Source: Planctomycetota bacterium
GTDB taxonomy: Bacteria > Planctomycetota > UBA8108 > UBA1146
Reading direction: 5' to 3'
Length of the DNA stretch: 64,000 bases
Assembly (NCBI GenBank): GCA_013911165.1
Contig: JACETR010000007.1
Location: 1,144 to 65,143, forward strand
Shown here: positions 47,683 to 57,763 of the stretch, piece by piece
Numbering within the stretch: position 1 is the stretch's first letter
Layout of the letters: each line of letters begins with the position of its first letter
Translations under genes and position numbers: made by a program
The notes under the pieces: model-generated
Seen by the model: only the letters and a program-made list of their open reading frames with translations
Told to the model about the DNA's origin: nothing
The model's database searches: none

Positions 47683-49581
47683 CTAGCGACCCTCTTCGGA
47701 AGTCTCTGCAGGAGTCACCTCGACGGCACCCACTGCTTCGCCTTCCTCCTCCGTTTCACCGGTCGTGGTCGGCTCACCGTACTTCTCCTTGAAGTAGTCC
47801 CAACGCTCTGCCTCGCGCAGGGCGTTCTGGTAGATCTCTTCGCTGACATCGCTGCTCTTGATGATGCGCGGAGTCACGAGGATCAGCAGGTGGTTTACGT
47901 CCGCCTGACGACGACGCCACTTGAAAGCCTCCCCCAGATAAGGAATATCTGAAAGAAACGGAATCGCCGATTCGATCTCGACGCGACGCTCGGTGTGCAA
48001 ACCACCAATCACCGCCGTCTGTCCGTCACGGACACGCAGGTAGGTGACCACGGTCTGGCTGCTCTCCCTCGGGAGATCGATGAAGGCACTGGTGCCACTG
48101 CCAGGATCACTGAAGCGGAAACGATCGAATCCGGGAATGTCCGAAGTGTTACCCACCAGAGTTGAGACCTTCGGAATCACATTCATGTAAATCATGTCGG
48201 TTCCGGGGATCACGTGGGGAGACACATAAAGAGTGAATCCCACATTGACCGGAGAACGGGAGTTTTCGTCGATGGAGACGGTCACGTTTCCGTTCTGGTC
48301 CTGCTGCACATTCTGCACCGCAAACGGCACTTCCTCACCGACGAAGATCGTCGACGGGTAATTGTCGAGAGTGGTCAGGAACGGCTGCTGGACGATCTTC
48401 GAGTTTTCGTCGTCCTTGACCATCGAGATGAGCAGCTGGGTCTGGGTAAAGTCGAGAACTCCGAGAGCCTGGTAAGGAACACCAATACTCTGCATGTTTC
48501 CGATGTCAAAGGGCCACGTGCCTCCGTTGGAGACCACGGAACCGTTGTAGATCGGCACACCGGTGGTGGCATCCGGAATCACTCCCAGACCGGAGAGATC
48601 TGCAAAGTTGGAAGAGGGCGAGGCTCCACGAGCGCTGAGACGGAATCCGTCGCGGCCCGGGGTATTCGGGTCATCCAGTTTGAGTCCGGTTTCAAGAATG
48701 TCGTCGTTGGCGGTCGAGATGAACTTCACTTCCACCTGAACCAGAGCAGGTTCCACATCGATTTCGGCGATGATCTCGGCGATTTCGTCGAGACGAGGTG
48801 CAATGTCCTTGACGATGATGGAGTTGGTTTTGACGTCAAAATCCATCTCTCCCCCTGGAGACAATGCGCGACGCAATGCTCTCAGGAGAGTGAACTCCTC
48901 TTCCGAATCAGTGATATTGGTCCCCAGGCTTCCGGCCTGCTTCTCGATATCCGAGATGATGGCCACGTACTGCTCCGGAGGACGAATGTAGCGCAGCTGG
49001 TAGATACGGGTTTCCTGCTGCTGAGTCAGTTTCTCGGGAGAAACGATACGCAGAATCTCGCTGACTCCCTCACGCTCGCTGACAACCACATATCCTGCGG
49101 TCTTGACGATGGTGTTGAGGGCCTCACGCCAGGGCACGTCTCTCAGGGTCAGGCTGACCTTTCCCTGAACGTCTTCCGAAATAACGATGTTGGCACCGGA
49201 CTGCTTTGCAAGCAGCTCAAGAACCACAGCCAATTCGGCATCTTGAAATTCAATGTTGATTGAAGGGGGCTGGGTGAAACGAATCAGGCGATCGCTGACT
49301 TCCACGACCACACAGTTGGTTTCACGGGCAAGAATATCGAGGGCTTCTCGCCAGTCGATGGTTTCAAGAGTCAGAGTGACGCTCTCCTCGACCTGGGGAT
49401 CGACAACGATGTTCACTTTGACCTGATCTCCGATCTGGCTCAGCACCTCACGAAGGTCCTTGTCTCGAACATCGATGGTCACAAGGTCGACACCACCGGT
49501 CGCCTGCATGGCGGCGGTAAAGTCCGTTGCAAAAAGGGCAACGCAGAGTGTCGCCACCAAAATCAGCATTCTCATCTTCAA
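47683..49581 (-). CDS. pilQ: Type IV pilus secretin PilQ
   Basis: The C-terminal secretin domain reads GQTAVIGGLHTERRVEIESAIPFLSDIPYLGEAFKWRR. The N-terminus has repeated AMIN/N0-like modules and a signal peptide. Confidence 0.85.
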   Translation of the reverse strand: MKMRMLILVATLCVALFATDFTAAMQATGGVDLVTIDVRDKDLREVLSQIGDQVKVNIVVDPQVEESVTLTLETIDWREALDILARETNCVVVEVSDRLIRFTQPPSINIEFQDAELAVVLELLAKQSGANIVISEDVQGKVSLTLRDVPWREALNTIVKTAGYVVVSEREGVSEILRIVSPEKLTQQQETRIYQLRYIRPPEQYVAIISDIEKQAGSLGTNITDSEEEFTLLRALRRALSPGGEMDFDVKTNSIIVKDIAPRLDEIAEIIAEIDVEPALVQVEVKFISTANDDILETGLKLDDPNTPGRDGFRLSARGASPSSNFADLSGLGVIPDATTGVPIYNGSVVSNGGTWPFDIGNMQSIGVPYQALGVLDFTQTQLLISMVKDDENSKIVQQPFLTTLDNYPSTIFVGEEVPFAVQNVQQDQNGNVTVSIDENSRSPVNVGFTLYVSPHVIPGTDMIYMNVIPKVSTLVGNTSDIPGFDRFRFSDPGSGTSAFIDLPRESSQTVVTYLRVRDGQTAVIGGLHTERRVEIESAIPFLSDIPYLGEAFKWRRRQADVNHLLILVTPRIIKSSDVSEEIYQNALREAERWDYFKEKYGEPTTTGETEEEGEAVGAVEVTPAETSEEGR

Positions 49582-49699
49582 ATTCCTCCCAAAAGGGACA
49601 GGATCACGACATTCCCGACTCGGTGTCAGGACTTCCTGATTTATCTATCGGTCGAAAAAGCGCCCCACCTGAGGGCCAGAACGACCTTTTTTCAGCAAA

Positions 49700-49724
49700 A
49701 TCACGGGTTTATCGGACCCGTGAT
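49700..49724 (-). other. Intercistronic stem-loop between the pilP-position gene and pilQ
   Basis: A perfect 9-bp stem, atcacgggt / acccgtgat, with a 7-nt loop. It overlaps the upstream stop codon. On the minus strand it is followed by ttttgctg, so it may be an attenuator or processing site. Confidence 0.4.
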
Positions 49725-51205
49725 CAAAATCTTCCAAATCGACGCTCGATCATCTCGCCCTCAAAGAGGAACACGAGACGGTCCCGGTGAACCTCCTGAA
49801 GGACCGCACCCTGAATCTCTCCCCCCAAGGCCACCCATTCGCCATCGACGATGGCGTGGGATCCCTCAGCGGAAATGGCAACTCCATCAATCTCGATGGA
49901 ACGGGAAAGAAACTTACGAATCACATCACTGCGATCACGGAGTTGAGTGGCGGCCATGCTGACGAGGGTTGAAGTGGTCGCATAGGTCTCACCGGATTCC
50001 TCGATATCACGGGCAAATCGTTGAATCTCGGAGTGCAAACGGTTCACAGTTTCAAAATCATTGTTGGCAAAGGCACGTTTCATACGATCCAGGCGTGCAC
50101 GGCTCTCCTCGTAGAGATGACGAACCCGAATCTCTGCCACACCGTCCTCAAGATCCTGAAGACGTTCACCGATCGCTTTCAGTTCTGCAGCCAGCTCGGG
50201 CTGGTCAAAACGCTTCGATTCCTCAGTGATCTCCATGATCACTTTGTAGGCATCGGCAGCCGTACCATGCTCGCCATTCCTGACGGAGAACTCGACCCTG
50301 GAAATCGCTTCACGGGCTTCATTCAGCATCTTTCTTTGATCTTCGACAGCGAGGTAACTGAAATTACTTCCAGCCTCCGCAACCCCGGATCCTTTCCAGG
50401 GTGCAGTGAACGGATCTCTGTGAATTCCATCATTCAGGAGATAACGCTCCAGTTTGAGTGCAGAGCGAACAAATCGGGTATCCGAGGTGAAACGCCCAAG
50501 AGCAGGAAACTGACCGACAGCTCGAGCGATATTCATTCCTCGCGAAGCCGCTTCATCCAGAAAACGATATACCTCAGCATCCTTTCCGGATGCCGCAGAA
50601 GTTTCGGCGAGAAGCAGGTAGGCAATCGCTTCCTGACCACCGTAATCGATGTACTCCTGAAATTTGGCTGCAGCCTCCTCGAGGTGACCGTGACCGTTCT
50701 CGATGGTATTCAGGCGTCGATGCACCAAACCCAGAGTCAGGTGATAATCCGCATTGTAAGGACGCAAACTCACCAGCTCTGAAAGGCCTTCAAAAGCTCT
50801 TTTCCACTGTCCCCGACGAAGTTGCTCTTCACATGCCTTGCTCAATTCGGCGATGCGACGATCTTCTTCAACCTTGACGGTTTCTGCTGCCTGTTCCTCG
50901 ACCGGGCCGGTAGCAGGCAAGACCTCCGTATCCGGGCGCTGTAACAAGGCCACTTCAGAGCTTTCGTCTGAGCTCCCACTCGCTGCACTGAGAGTTTCGG
51001 CAGAATCCAGAGAGTCAGTCGATTCCAAAACAGAATCCGACTCTGAATTGACGACAGAATTCTTTTCTGCCGCTGCCGTCATTTTATTGGCAGAATCAAC
51101 AACGGAGTCGGATCCGATGAAACTGCTCACCAGATAAAGGACCACTACCGCGCAAAAGCCGGCAACCAAAGTCCATTTCTTTTCCTTGATTTGATCCAAC
51201 ATCAC
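49724..51205 (-). CDS. PilP-position protein: N-terminal anchor, acidic/Ser-rich linker, TPR-like region and PilP-like C-terminal beta domain
   Basis: It sits between pilO and pilQ. The C-terminus (VAISAEGSHAIVDGEWVALGGEIQGAVLQEVHRDRLVFLFEGEMIERRF) looks like the PilP/GspC HR fold. At 493 aa it is much longer than PilP. Confidence 0.5.
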   Translation of the reverse strand: MMLDQIKEKKWTLVAGFCAVVVLYLVSSFIGSDSVVDSANKMTAAAEKNSVVNSESDSVLESTDSLDSAETLSAASGSSDESSEVALLQRPDTEVLPATGPVEEQAAETVKVEEDRRIAELSKACEEQLRRGQWKRAFEGLSELVSLRPYNADYHLTLGLVHRRLNTIENGHGHLEEAAAKFQEYIDYGGQEAIAYLLLAETSAASGKDAEVYRFLDEAASRGMNIARAVGQFPALGRFTSDTRFVRSALKLERYLLNDGIHRDPFTAPWKGSGVAEAGSNFSYLAVEDQRKMLNEAREAISRVEFSVRNGEHGTAADAYKVIMEITEESKRFDQPELAAELKAIGERLQDLEDGVAEIRVRHLYEESRARLDRMKRAFANNDFETVNRLHSEIQRFARDIEESGETYATTSTLVSMAATQLRDRSDVIRKFLSRSIEIDGVAISAEGSHAIVDGEWVALGGEIQGAVLQEVHRDRLVFLFEGEMIERRFGRF

Positions 51206-51837
51206 TGCATCTCCTTGGCATTCACCGACTTCTCTTTGTAAACGTACGTTGAGATTTCAATGGTGAAGTTTTTCTTGGGTTGGGAAGCCGCAGAAAGATC
51301 ATCGCTGCGATCGATGGGGAAAAGATCAAAGGAATCCACACGCAGGAAACGGGTGTGATTTTCGACCAGGTTCACAAAGCGGTGAAACTGGCTAAACTCC
51401 CCCAGCATTTCAAAACGGTATTTGTGACGCTGGAATTGACGTGTGGCATTTCCACTGGCGGGAACGGATCTGCCTCGCTTCGAAGGGGCCACGTCTTCAA
51501 CAGCAACAGGCTCCGCACCGGTCACGACCAATCCACTCTCTTTGCAAAGTTGGGTGATCGTATCCACGAAAGCATCCCTGAGTACTTCGTCTTCACGGGG
51601 CAGGATCTCGGTGTATTCCTCGACGATCCCCTCAAGCTCCTGCAATTCACTGACGAGGTCGGGAATCCGATCCTTCTTGAGCAGTGCAGAAGCCTCACGG
51701 GCTTCGAGTTGCTCCAGAGTCGAGCGGGTTTCACTGTTCTTGCTACTGAGGTTCCAGCCGACGACCATTTCAATACAGAAGAACACACCACAAATGGCGG
51801 CGAGAACGATCAGTTGTTTCTTTTCATCCATGTTCAT
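51202..51837 (-). CDS. pilO: Type IV pilus assembly protein PilO
   Basis: It has a single N-terminal TM segment, a coiled-coil and a ferredoxin-like C-terminus (YRFEMLGEFSQFHRFVNLVEN). Its position and overlaps within the operon support the call. Confidence 0.7.
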   Translation of the reverse strand: MNMDEKKQLIVLAAICGVFFCIEMVVGWNLSSKNSETRSTLEQLEAREASALLKKDRIPDLVSELQELEGIVEEYTEILPREDEVLRDAFVDTITQLCKESGLVVTGAEPVAVEDVAPSKRGRSVPASGNATRQFQRHKYRFEMLGEFSQFHRFVNLVENHTRFLRVDSFDLFPIDRSDDLSAASQPKKNFTIEISTYVYKEKSVNAKEMQ

Positions 51838-52532
51838 TATTGGCCACCCTTCTGCCCGGGGTTTGCCACCGGAGGATCATGGAGAGGTTTCAAATCGATA
51901 CCGATAGAGCTTCGAAAGTGCTCCGGAGTCTCTTCGGTCTTCTCGACTTTCTCCCATGAGAGCGGCTTGAAGCTGAGGAAATCTCCGAAGAAGGAGTCTG
52001 GGAATGCACTGACATCGACGAGGTCGGTGTAGAAGCGATTGTCTTCCTGCAGGCTCTTGCGGAAACGGGTCAGTGCGACCGGGTCTGAACCCGTGGAAAC
52101 ACAATCCATGACGAGACTGCCCCCCCTTTGCTGACTACCCGGAGTCCATTTGTATTCGCTCTCTTCCAGGAGATGGACCTGAAGTGACGTGATCCAAAGA
52201 TCATCCGGAACTTTGGATACAAGCTGGTCCAACTTGGGTGCCCAGAGAATGCGACGATTCTTGATCTTGATGATCGAACCTTCGCGTTGACGGTAAAATT
52301 GGATGTCCGATTCGATTCGATCGACCTCCAAAGCCTCTTGCTCAAGGCTTTTCACCTTTGCAGCTTTAGCTTCGGCATGGGCCTCCATCGTGCCTTGGGC
52401 GATCCACATCCAGAAGAGGCCAATGGCCCCCAGTGCCACGGCAGCGACGCTGCCGAGAACAGAATAGAAAACCGAACGGGGCGTGTTGGCAGCCCGTTGG
52501 AGATCCTGAGGTAGCAGATTGATCTTGATCAA
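51837..52532 (-). CDS. pilN: Type IV pilus assembly protein PilN
   Basis: It starts MIKINLLPQD, followed by a TM segment. It follows pilM. Confidence 0.75.
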   Translation of the reverse strand: MIKINLLPQDLQRAANTPRSVFYSVLGSVAAVALGAIGLFWMWIAQGTMEAHAEAKAAKVKSLEQEALEVDRIESDIQFYRQREGSIIKIKNRRILWAPKLDQLVSKVPDDLWITSLQVHLLEESEYKWTPGSQQRGGSLVMDCVSTGSDPVALTRFRKSLQEDNRFYTDLVDVSAFPDSFFGDFLSFKPLSWEKVEKTEETPEHFRSSIGIDLKPLHDPPVANPGQKGGQ

Positions 52533-52555
52533 CTGAAGAGTCCTTTCCCGAGCGC

Positions 52556-53599
52556 CTAGACGCAGTCCTGAATACGGGAACCGAGTCCCAGGGCCACAGG
52601 CAATTGAACGAGGTGCTCCTGGAGAGCCTCGACGTCGACCAGATCCTCACGAACCTTGATCATCGCCAGGGGATCCCACGTTTTGACATCGCGCTCAAAG
52701 ACCCTTTCAAAGGTTTCCTGCAGTCCCACGGTCTGGCTGGCACCGCCACTGAGGAAGACCTCCTCAACAGGGAAATCAAACTGGTTTTCGAAGTAGTCAA
52801 AGGAGAGCTGAATCTCCCCGGCAATCTCATCGAGAATCGGTTGGACGGCATTGGCCACCATCTGTTCGTTCCCTTGGGGATCGCACTTCAGGTCTTCTGC
52901 TTCTGCTTCGTCCAAATGTTCACGACGGGCAATGGCATCGGTCAGATCCTTGCCGCCAAGGTAGATCTCCCGTGAGAAACAAGAGGTTTTACCTCGGACG
53001 ATATGAATGTTGGTTTTGGTCGCACCAATATCCACCAAGGCGACTGCTTTATCAGAATCTTCATCCTGAACACCCGCTTCAGTGCGCAAATCAAAGGAGT
53101 TGCCCAGAGCAAAGGTATCGACATCGACGACCGTAGGAACAAGTCCCAGTTCCTGCACCTGATCGATGTGGTCCTGAAGAAGATCTTTCTTGACGGCAAC
53201 CAAAATACTTTTCATCTCGTCGGAGGCTGCGTCGTCCTCACTGTGAGCTTCAATTTTCTGGCCGTCGATGGAGACCTCGTCACGATCAAAGGGGATATAT
53301 TTGTCCGCCTCGAGACGAAGAGTTTCCTGAAGTTCATCGTCATCCAGATTCGGAAGAGTGATGTAGCGCACCACGACTGATCGCCCTGAAACCGAGGTTG
53401 CCACTTTCCGACAACGAATCCCCGATTCACGAAGAACCGCCTTGACGGTATCGAGTGTCTCTTCAGGGGAAGGGATCTTCCCCCATCCGAAGCCGGTCAG
53501 TTCCAGACCTTCGGAGGTCCGGGTCAACTCGACGACTTTGACTTCGTCGTTACCGATATCGAGTCCGACCAGTGATTTCTGTCTTGAAAACATTCTCAA
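52556..53599 (-). CDS. pilM: Type IV pilus assembly ATPase-fold protein PilM
   Basis: LVGLDIGNDEVKVVEL and VDIGATKTNIHIV show the actin-like fold of PilM. Confidence 0.9.
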   Translation of the reverse strand: MRMFSRQKSLVGLDIGNDEVKVVELTRTSEGLELTGFGWGKIPSPEETLDTVKAVLRESGIRCRKVATSVSGRSVVVRYITLPNLDDDELQETLRLEADKYIPFDRDEVSIDGQKIEAHSEDDAASDEMKSILVAVKKDLLQDHIDQVQELGLVPTVVDVDTFALGNSFDLRTEAGVQDEDSDKAVALVDIGATKTNIHIVRGKTSCFSREIYLGGKDLTDAIARREHLDEAEAEDLKCDPQGNEQMVANAVQPILDEIAGEIQLSFDYFENQFDFPVEEVFLSGGASQTVGLQETFERVFERDVKTWDPLAMIKVREDLVDVEALQEHLVQLPVALGLGSRIQDCV

Positions 53600-53782
53600 G
53601 CCTTCCAGTCACACCGCTGGTGTGTGGTTTGGGTTTCAGCCAAATGCAGCTGCAACCCGGATCGACTCCCCGGAAAAGCCCAATTGGCACCGGGAGGGAC
53701 CCTCTGGAAGGTCCCGAGAAGATTACGACGCAGGAAAAAATGCGGCAAACCGGTGACTTCGGCTCACCAGGGGGGATTACCC

Positions 53783-55522
53783 CTAAATCAGTCTGGAAGC
53801 GACCTCAGGCAGGTTTTCGAGGGCCCACAGGCGCAATTCCCGGGAGATACTCTCACCGTCCGATAACTGCATACACCTGGAAGCCAGACCCCGGACCTCG
53901 TAGTCAGCAAGATGGCGAATCACCTGCTTCACTTCCGGAATCAACTGCGGAGTGATGGAAAACTCGCGCAATCCCAGCCCCACCAAAAGGGGCAGATGGA
54001 TCACCTCAGAAGCCATCTCTCCGCAGAGACAAACACGGATGTCGTGCTCTTCCCCCACCCGAATCAGAGAAGAGATCAGTTGCAGTACGGCGGGGTGCAA
54101 GGGGTCATAAAGATCTGCGACCTGTTCATTACCCCGATCCACAGCAAGGGTGTACTGAACCAGATCGTTGCTGCCGACACTCAAAAAGGAGACCCGATGA
54201 GCAACATGATTGGCAACGAGAGCCAATGACGGAACTTCGACCATCACCCCAACAGGAATGTTTTCGTCGAACTCGACCCCTTCTGTTCGTAACTCATCAC
54301 TGACTTCATCGATGATCTGCAGACTGCGATCCAATTCGGGAATCGTGGTGATCATGGGCAACATCAAACGGACCGGTCCATGGACTCCCGCTCGAAGAAT
54401 TGCACGGATTTGAGCTCTGAAGGGTTCCGGATTCGCCAGGCACCAGCGAATGGAACGACAGCCGAGGAAAGGGTTCTCCTCATCTACCGACCCCTCCGGC
54501 AGTTTGTCGCCTCCGAGATCGAGGGTTCTTACAGTCAGTGGCAACCCATTGAGAGATTTGAGAACCGCAACGTAGTGCTGGTAATGGAAATCCTCGCCGC
54601 TCTCCGGGGACTGAAGGTGTATGAACTCTGAACGGAACAATCCGATCCCTGCGGCCCCCCACTCCACGGCAGATTCCACCTCCGTTGGCAATTCAACGTT
54701 GGCGTGAACTTCGAGGCGATGGCCATCAATCGTCTCTGCGGGCAGAGAAGCCTGACTTCGGAATTGTTGGGAAATCCGTTTCATTTCCCTTGAGCGAGCC
54801 TGGTGCTCTTCAATCTGTTCCTCGGTGGGATCGATGATCACAACACCGCGGTAACCGTCGATGATGACGAGATCTCCACCGACGACCGATGTCGCCATAT
54901 CGTCAATTCCGACGACAGCGGGGATCCCCAGAGCTCGAGCCATGATGGCAGTATGTGAGGTCTTGCCTCCCACAGACGTGGCGAATGCCACAACCTTCTT
55001 CGGATCCAATTTGGCTGTCTGCGCTGGAGTCAAGTTGTGCGCGATCACCGCTACTTCTGAGTCCAGGTTTGACAGTGTTTCAATTCGAGTTCCCAGCAGG
55101 GTGCTCAACAACATCTTCTCAACGTCTTGCAGGTCATGGACCCTCTCAAGAAGAAGTGGAGATTTGGATTCCTGCAATTTTCTCACATATCGGTTCATGA
55201 CCCGACTGAGAGCATGCTCAGCAGTGAAGCACTGTTCTCGTATTGCCTGATGAACCTCAGCGTGCAAAGTGGGGTCCGCAGCCAAATCCCTGTGCACAGA
55301 CAGAATCCGTGCATGGATCTCGACCTCTCCCTCCAACTGCTGGATTTCCTTTTCCAACAGGCGATTGGAATCGCTGACGGCTTCCTCAAACCGTTCGACC
55401 TCTGCTTCCACCTCGCTCTTGGGAATAAAGCGCTGAGGGATACGAATCTCTTCAGAGTCGAGTACGAGTACCTCGGCAATGGAAATGCCAGGACTGACAG
55501 GGATTCCTCGTTTGATTTCCAT
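53783..55522 (-). CDS. ptsI: Phosphoenolpyruvate-protein phosphotransferase (PTS Enzyme I)
   Basis: GGKTSHTAIMARALGIPAVVG is the active-site His loop, and FLSVGSNDLVQYTLAVDR is also present. Confidence 0.95.
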   Translation of the reverse strand: MEIKRGIPVSPGISIAEVLVLDSEEIRIPQRFIPKSEVEAEVERFEEAVSDSNRLLEKEIQQLEGEVEIHARILSVHRDLAADPTLHAEVHQAIREQCFTAEHALSRVMNRYVRKLQESKSPLLLERVHDLQDVEKMLLSTLLGTRIETLSNLDSEVAVIAHNLTPAQTAKLDPKKVVAFATSVGGKTSHTAIMARALGIPAVVGIDDMATSVVGGDLVIIDGYRGVVIIDPTEEQIEEHQARSREMKRISQQFRSQASLPAETIDGHRLEVHANVELPTEVESAVEWGAAGIGLFRSEFIHLQSPESGEDFHYQHYVAVLKSLNGLPLTVRTLDLGGDKLPEGSVDEENPFLGCRSIRWCLANPEPFRAQIRAILRAGVHGPVRLMLPMITTIPELDRSLQIIDEVSDELRTEGVEFDENIPVGVMVEVPSLALVANHVAHRVSFLSVGSNDLVQYTLAVDRGNEQVADLYDPLHPAVLQLISSLIRVGEEHDIRVCLCGEMASEVIHLPLLVGLGLREFSITPQLIPEVKQVIRHLADYEVRGLASRCMQLSDGESISRELRLWALENLPEVASRLI

Positions 55523-55534
55523 TAGCGGATCTCC

Positions 55535-55810
55535 TCAGACGCCATGAAAATCCTTGCGAACGAGGTCAGAAAGAGCCTCCAACGCTTCCGTGGCATCGGC
55601 TCCATCCGTGACGATCTCGATTTCATCGCCCAGTTGGGCACCCAGCGTCATGACGGAAATGATGCTTTTGCCATCCACCTCACCCCCGCCTACCTTGCGC
55701 ACCAGAACGGCGGCATCGAATCTTTGCGCCAAACGCACAAACTCTGTAGAGGCACGAGCATGGAGCCCGGAAACATGAGTAATCTTGAGTTGAGCACTTT
55801 GTTCACTCAC
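55535..55810 (-). CDS. ptsH: Phosphocarrier protein HPr
   Basis: ITHVSGLHARAS is the His-15 region, and DGKSIISVMTLG is the Ser-46 region. Confidence 0.9.
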   Translation of the reverse strand: MSEQSAQLKITHVSGLHARASTEFVRLAQRFDAAVLVRKVGGGEVDGKSIISVMTLGAQLGDEIEIVTDGADATEALEALSDLVRKDFHGV

Positions 55811-56862
55811 AGATTGAATCCCATCCTTGTCAGAGCCAATTCACAGATCAGCCTGCCTATCAGATCGGGTCTGTGGCGGGCAATTCGTGAATTGTGATCG
55901 ATAAGATCACTCGTTGTCACGCGGACTCCCCTTCCACCCAGATCTCCCCGGTAAACTACTGGATCACACTTGCGTGAAGAGTAAGCATTCAGCATGTCAT
56001 CAGAAAAGGTTCCATCGTGGGCCAGTACCTGGTGAATAATGGTTTCGCCGGCATGACGCTCGAGAGCATCCAAATGATCTGCCAGCCCCATCTCGTCCGT
56101 TTCACCGGGTTGAGTCATGACATTGGCGATGTAGATCTTCATCGCCTGGCTTTCAACTACCCGTCTGCGAATTCCCTCAATCAACAATGGGGGAATCACG
56201 CTGGTGAAGAGACTGCCTGGACCGAAAACAATGACATCAGCAGCTTCTATCGCTTCCGCCACATCCGCTGCGGGTTCCAGAACTCTGGGTCTCGATTCCA
56301 CACGACTGATCGACTTGCCACTGCGAACGATCTGTTCCTCTCCCGTGGATTTGGTTCCGTCAGGATGAGTGGCAATCAAAGTCAGTTTCTCACCAATGGC
56401 TGGCAGCACCCTGCCCCTGACCCTGAGCAAACGATTCATTTCACGAATGGCAGAGTCAAAATCTCCATTGAGTCGGGTCAGCGCTGTGATCAACAGGTTG
56501 CCGACAGAGTGGCCCTCGAGCTCCGATTCTTCAAACCTGTAGTCGAGCAATCGCTCCCAAAGTGGCTCCTGACTGCTGAGGGCCAACAGACAGTTTCGAA
56601 TGTCCCCGGGCGGAGCCATGTCGAAATCTTTGCGAAGACGACCGGAAGAGCCTCCGTCATCACTGACCGAAACCACTGCGGTGACCTCTACCGGTTGGTC
56701 CCTCAATCCGGAAAGAAGAGTCGACATTCCGGTACCGCCGCCAAAAGCGACAAGCCGGGGCCGGGGATTCTTCTCGGGTCGGGATCGATCGGGTCGCAAA
56801 AAACGGTCCTCTCTGGGCGTCTGAAAGGGCATTAAACGCCGCTGAAGTGATAACACGATCAC
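55807..56862 (-). CDS. yvcK: YvcK/CofD-like gluconeogenesis factor family protein
   Basis: VAFGGGTGMSTLLSGL and PPGDIRNCLLALS are family blocks. The start is either GTG at 56862 or ATG at 56832. Confidence 0.85.
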   Translation of the reverse strand: MIVLSLQRRLMPFQTPREDRFLRPDRSRPEKNPRPRLVAFGGGTGMSTLLSGLRDQPVEVTAVVSVSDDGGSSGRLRKDFDMAPPGDIRNCLLALSSQEPLWERLLDYRFEESELEGHSVGNLLITALTRLNGDFDSAIREMNRLLRVRGRVLPAIGEKLTLIATHPDGTKSTGEEQIVRSGKSISRVESRPRVLEPAADVAEAIEAADVIVFGPGSLFTSVIPPLLIEGIRRRVVESQAMKIYIANVMTQPGETDEMGLADHLDALERHAGETIIHQVLAHDGTFSDDMLNAYSSRKCDPVVYRGDLGGRGVRVTTSDLIDHNSRIARHRPDLIGRLICELALTRMGFNL

Positions 56863-56962
56863 CCCATCTGTTCCACGGAACGGAGATTCATGCTGCTGAA
56901 ACGGGCGTAAATCGCCAATTGGAGTCGATTCAGATCGGCAGCAGATTCAGGAAGGAGCCCGA

Positions 56963-57763
56963 TCAGCGACCCAAAAAGGGATCAGTATCCGTGCAATGAA
57001 GGGCTCGATCGGAATCGGTACTGACCTCGACAAGGAACAGTCCCTCAGGGGGTGCGGTAATCCCCGCTTCCCGACGATCGGTGGCCTCCAGAATTCGTGT
57101 TATCTGGTCACCTGAAATTTGTCCCCTGCCCACATCCACAAGGGTCCCAGTGATGTTGCGAACCATTCGATAGAGGAATCCATCCCCGACGACCTGAACC
57201 AAAATGTGCTGACCATGGGAATGTACTTTCAACTCATGAATGGTTCGAACCGTATCCTCCGGCTCGTCCTTCGATCGAGTGCGAAAAGAGGCGAAGTCAT
57301 GACGACCCACCAGAGCTTGTCCGGCTTGGTGCATTGCTTCTACATCAAGGTCTGCACGTATCCACCAGCTGGTTTCTCCCTGAAAGAGAGATTTCCGCGG
57401 TCCATTCCAGATACGATAAAGGTAGCGCTTGGCGACGGCATCGAATCGGGGATGCCACTCTGCTGAAGTTCTCTCGCAGGAAACTATTTCGATGTCGTCC
57501 GGAGTGATTCCCTGCAGCGATTTTTGCAATTCGTCCGGTTCGTGGTTTCGATCGAGTTGCACCCTTGCAAGATGCCCCAAAGCATGGACACCGGTATCGG
57601 TCCTGCTCGAACCTTCCACTATTGCCACGTTTTCAGAAAGAACCGCGACAGCATTGCGCAGTTCCCCCTGAACAGTCCTGACTTCTGCGTTTTCCTGCCA
57701 GCCATGGAAGCGGGTGCCGTCATAAGCGACGACAAGTCGATAATAAAAACTCTCATCACCCAA
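56963..57763 (-). CDS. truA: tRNA pseudouridine synthase A
   Basis: VAYDGTRFHGWQ and SSRTDTGVHA (catalytic Asp) are present. Confidence 0.9.
   Translation of the reverse strand: MGDESFYYRLVVAYDGTRFHGWQENAEVRTVQGELRNAVAVLSENVAIVEGSSRTDTGVHALGHLARVQLDRNHEPDELQKSLQGITPDDIEIVSCERTSAEWHPRFDAVAKRYLYRIWNGPRKSLFQGETSWWIRADLDVEAMHQAGQALVGRHDFASFRTRSKDEPEDTVRTIHELKVHSHGQHILVQVVGDGFLYRMVRNITGTLVDVGRGQISGDQITRILEATDRREAGITAPPEGLFLVEVSTDSDRALHCTDTDPFLGR

Noticed and set aside
48214-49263. 349-aa plus-strand ORF opposite pilQ. Similar cases are 59209-60066 opposite thrS, 56017-56835 opposite yvcK, 2620-3336 opposite fba and 4983-5630 opposite the DUF1800/DUF1501 pair.
   Set aside because: All are embedded in confidently identified genes on the other strand and lack recognisable domains.
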